Source: Candidatus Nanoarchaeia archaeon (GTDB taxonomy: Archaea > Nanobdellota > Nanobdellia > Pacearchaeales > GW2011-AR1). Taken from it: a stretch of DNA of 64,000 nucleotides. Below, piece by piece: positions 62,317-64,000 of the stretch. The stretch lies in NCBI GenBank assembly GCA_049288015.1, contig JBAQGX010000001.1, positions 18,717-82,716 on the forward strand, written 5' to 3'. Both the position numbers and the translations under genes were made by a program. Numbering within the stretch: position 1 is the first letter of the stretch; each line of letters starts with the position of its first letter. The notes below the pieces were generated by a model. That model did not search any database. It worked only from the letters and a program-made list of their open reading frames with translations, and was not told the DNA's origin.

Positions 62317-62763
62317 ATGGAAATAAAAAGCGTCTTTGAGGACGGCGAGCGGATTCCAGTTAGGTATACTTGTGATGGGGATAATATCAACCCTCCTTTG
62401 GAGTTTTTGAATGTCCCTTCAAATGCAAGAAGTCTTTTGTTAATTGTTGATGATCCTGATTCTCCTTCAAAAATTTGGTTGCACTGGATGTTGTGGAATA
62501 TACGTCCAGATAGAAGGGAAATAGAGGAAGATACTGTTCCTGATGAAGCTGAAGAAGGAGAGAATGATTTTGGAGAGTGTGGTTATGGTGGACCTTGCCC
62601 ACATTCAGGAGTACATAAGTATCAATTCAAGTTATATGCTTTAGATACACTTCTTAATTTATCTTCTGGTTCTACAAAAAAAGATATTGAAACAGTAATG
62701 ATGAGGCATATAATTGACAAAGCAGTATTGGTGGGATTATACTCTAGGAAGAGTAATAATTAA
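62317..62763 (+). CDS. PEBP-family (YbhB/YbcL-like) protein with acidic insertion
   Basis: 148 aa; DPDSPS...WLHWMLWNI (PEBP ligand-binding motifs DPDxP / HW); acidic loop EDTVPDEAEEGEND. Confidence 0.7.
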   Translation: MEIKSVFEDGERIPVRYTCDGDNINPPLEFLNVPSNARSLLLIVDDPDSPSKIWLHWMLWNIRPDRREIEEDTVPDEAEEGENDFGECGYGGPCPHSGVHKYQFKLYALDTLLNLSSGSTKKDIETVMMRHIIDKAVLVGLYSRKSNN

Positions 62764-62840
62764 TGTTTATTTCTTAGAACTTATTTGGTATTTTAATAAA
62801 GACAATCTGTTACATTTTATATACAAAAATCCATAGAGGA

Positions 62841-62853
62841 AACTTTATAAACC
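62841..62853 (+). promoter_or_regulatory. Candidate BRE/TATA promoter (AACTTTATAAACC) for L41e, identical to the tfb promoter motif
   Basis: TTTATAAA 23-30 nt upstream of ATG 62874, implying a leaderless transcript; same 13-mer as 898-910. Confidence 0.35.
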
Positions 62854-62873
62854 GAAATTCAAATTCTATTAAC

Positions 62874-62990
62874 ATGAAACGTTCTAGCCGTAGATGGAAG
62901 AAAAAGCATCAAATGAGATGGAAATGGCAGAGAAAAAGACTTAGAAAGGAAAAGAGAAAGCGTAGGCTGAAGAGAGAAAGAAGTAAGTAA
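62874..62990 (+). CDS. rpl41e: 50S ribosomal protein L41e (38 aa: MKRSSRRWKKKHQMRWKWQRKRLRKEKRKRRLKRERSK)
   Basis: Not in ORF track (short); extremely basic R/K/W-rich microprotein matching L41e composition and length; own TATA box. Confidence 0.6.
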   Translation: MKRSSRRWKKKHQMRWKWQRKRLRKEKRKRRLKRERSK

Positions 62991-63075
62991 TTTTTGTTTA
63001 TTTTTGCATTCTGTTAGGCTATAATCTATTTTTAATACAATAATCTTTATAAGTTTCTTTTGGAAAAGCTATGTT

Positions 63076-64000
63076 ATGGTTAGTGAAATTTGGACTGAGA
63101 AGTATAGGCCGGTTAAGTTTTCTGAGATGGTTGGACAAGATATGATTGTTAAGCGAGTAGAATCACTTACAAAAACTATGAATATTCCTCATCTTCTTTT
63201 TGCAGGCCCAGCTGGGACTGGAAAGTCAACTTTGGCTCTTATTGTTGTCAAAGATTTATTCAAGGATGCATGGAAAGATAACTATTTGGAGTTGAATGCT
63301 TCCGATGAAAGGGGTATAAATGTAGTAAGAGACAAAGTTAAGAGCTTTGCAAAGACAAAGTCGCTGGAGTCCATTCCATTTAAGGTAATTTTTCTGGATG
63401 AGGCTGATGCTCTTACCCCTGAAGCACAGCAGGCATTGAGAAGAACGATGGAGAATTACTCTTCTAGTTGTAGGTTTATTCTATCTTGTAATTATTCCAC
63501 AAAAATTATAGATCCAATTCAGTCTAGATGTGCAATTTTTAGGTTCAAGCTTCTTGAAAAAAAGGATATAGAAAAAGTTATTCAGAGGATTGTTGAAAAA
63601 GAAAATTTTACTATAACCCCAGAATGTAATGAAGTTTTATATGAAGGAAGTGAAGGAGATTGTAGAAGGTGTATTAACCTGCTTCAAGCAACAGCTGCAA
63701 TTTCTCCATCTATAACTCTAGACTTGGTATCGACAATTGTTTCAAATACTAAACCTAAAGATGTTAAGGTTGTTTTGGATTATGCAATTTCGGGAGATTT
63801 TCAGACTGCTAAAGAAAAGCTGTTTGATATAATGCTTAAGGAATCTGTTTCAGGGCAGGATGTTATCAAGTCAATTCAGAAGGAAATATGGAATCTTCCA
63901 GTTGAACCTGAGATAAAAGTTAAGCTTACGGAGAAAACAGGTGAAGCAGAATTTAGAATTGTTGAGGGAAGTGACCCATTTATCCAACTTCAAGCTCTTC
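63076..64000 (+). CDS. rfcS: Replication factor C small subunit (partial, continues past window end)
   Basis: MVSEIWTEKYRPVKFSEMVGQD... HLLFAGPAGTGKST (Walker A), FLDEADAL (Walker B DEAD), SRC motif (NYSTKIIDPIQSRC); no stop within window. Confidence 0.85.
   Translation, partial: MVSEIWTEKYRPVKFSEMVGQDMIVKRVESLTKTMNIPHLLFAGPAGTGKSTLALIVVKDLFKDAWKDNYLELNASDERGINVVRDKVKSFAKTKSLESIPFKVIFLDEADALTPEAQQALRRTMENYSSSCRFILSCNYSTKIIDPIQSRCAIFRFKLLEKKDIEKVIQRIVEKENFTITPECNEVLYEGSEGDCRRCINLLQATAAISPSITLDLVSTIVSNTKPKDVKVVLDYAISGDFQTAKEKLFDIMLKESVSGQDVIKSIQKEIWNLPVEPEIKVKLTEKTGEAEFRIVEGSDPFIQLQAL

Noticed and set aside
1-64000. CRISPR arrays, transposases, integrases, prophage genes
   Set aside because: No direct-repeat/spacer periodicity and no recombinase-like ORFs were seen on either strand; the window appears to be core chromosome.

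Overview
The taxon call rests on gene content only. This is a low-GC (about 30%) archaeal chromosome segment with eukaryote-like information-processing genes (TFB, TFE, LSm, S8e, S17e, L41e, aIF1A, aIF2-beta, MCM, RFC, tRNA-splicing endonuclease, intron-containing tRNAs). Archaeal-type or eukaryote-like aminoacyl-tRNA synthetases (Gly, Leu, Pro, Asp, Thr, Trp, PheST) and both GatCAB and GatDE sit beside several bacterial-type genes (class I GAPDH, short bacterial-type AlaRS, MnmA, a SleB-like cell-wall hydrolase). Many genes have GGAGG Shine-Dalgarno sites. The profile fits a small-genome, fermentative, DPANN-like archaeon. The window is dense and mostly housekeeping: 8 tRNA genes (two with introns), a glycolysis/fermentation operon, and an FtsZ gene. 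No CRISPR array, transposase or integrase was seen. Non-housekeeping items worth a second look: (i) a two-gene cassette (minimal nucleotidyltransferase plus an unknown 274-aa partner) inserted between gatD and gatE; (ii) a 45-aa extremely acidic microprotein with a strong SD plus an unknown 139-aa protein between aspS and gatCA; (iii) a signal-peptide/TM receptor-like glycoprotein with a degenerate class III cyclase-homology domain; (iv) secreted Cys/Gly-rich and SleB-like proteins; (v) a candidate tRNA-Ile(UAU) with a 47-nt intron; (vi) unannotated microproteins (L41e, Zn-ribbon); (vii) a perfect 14-bp palindrome over the ftsZ promoter.
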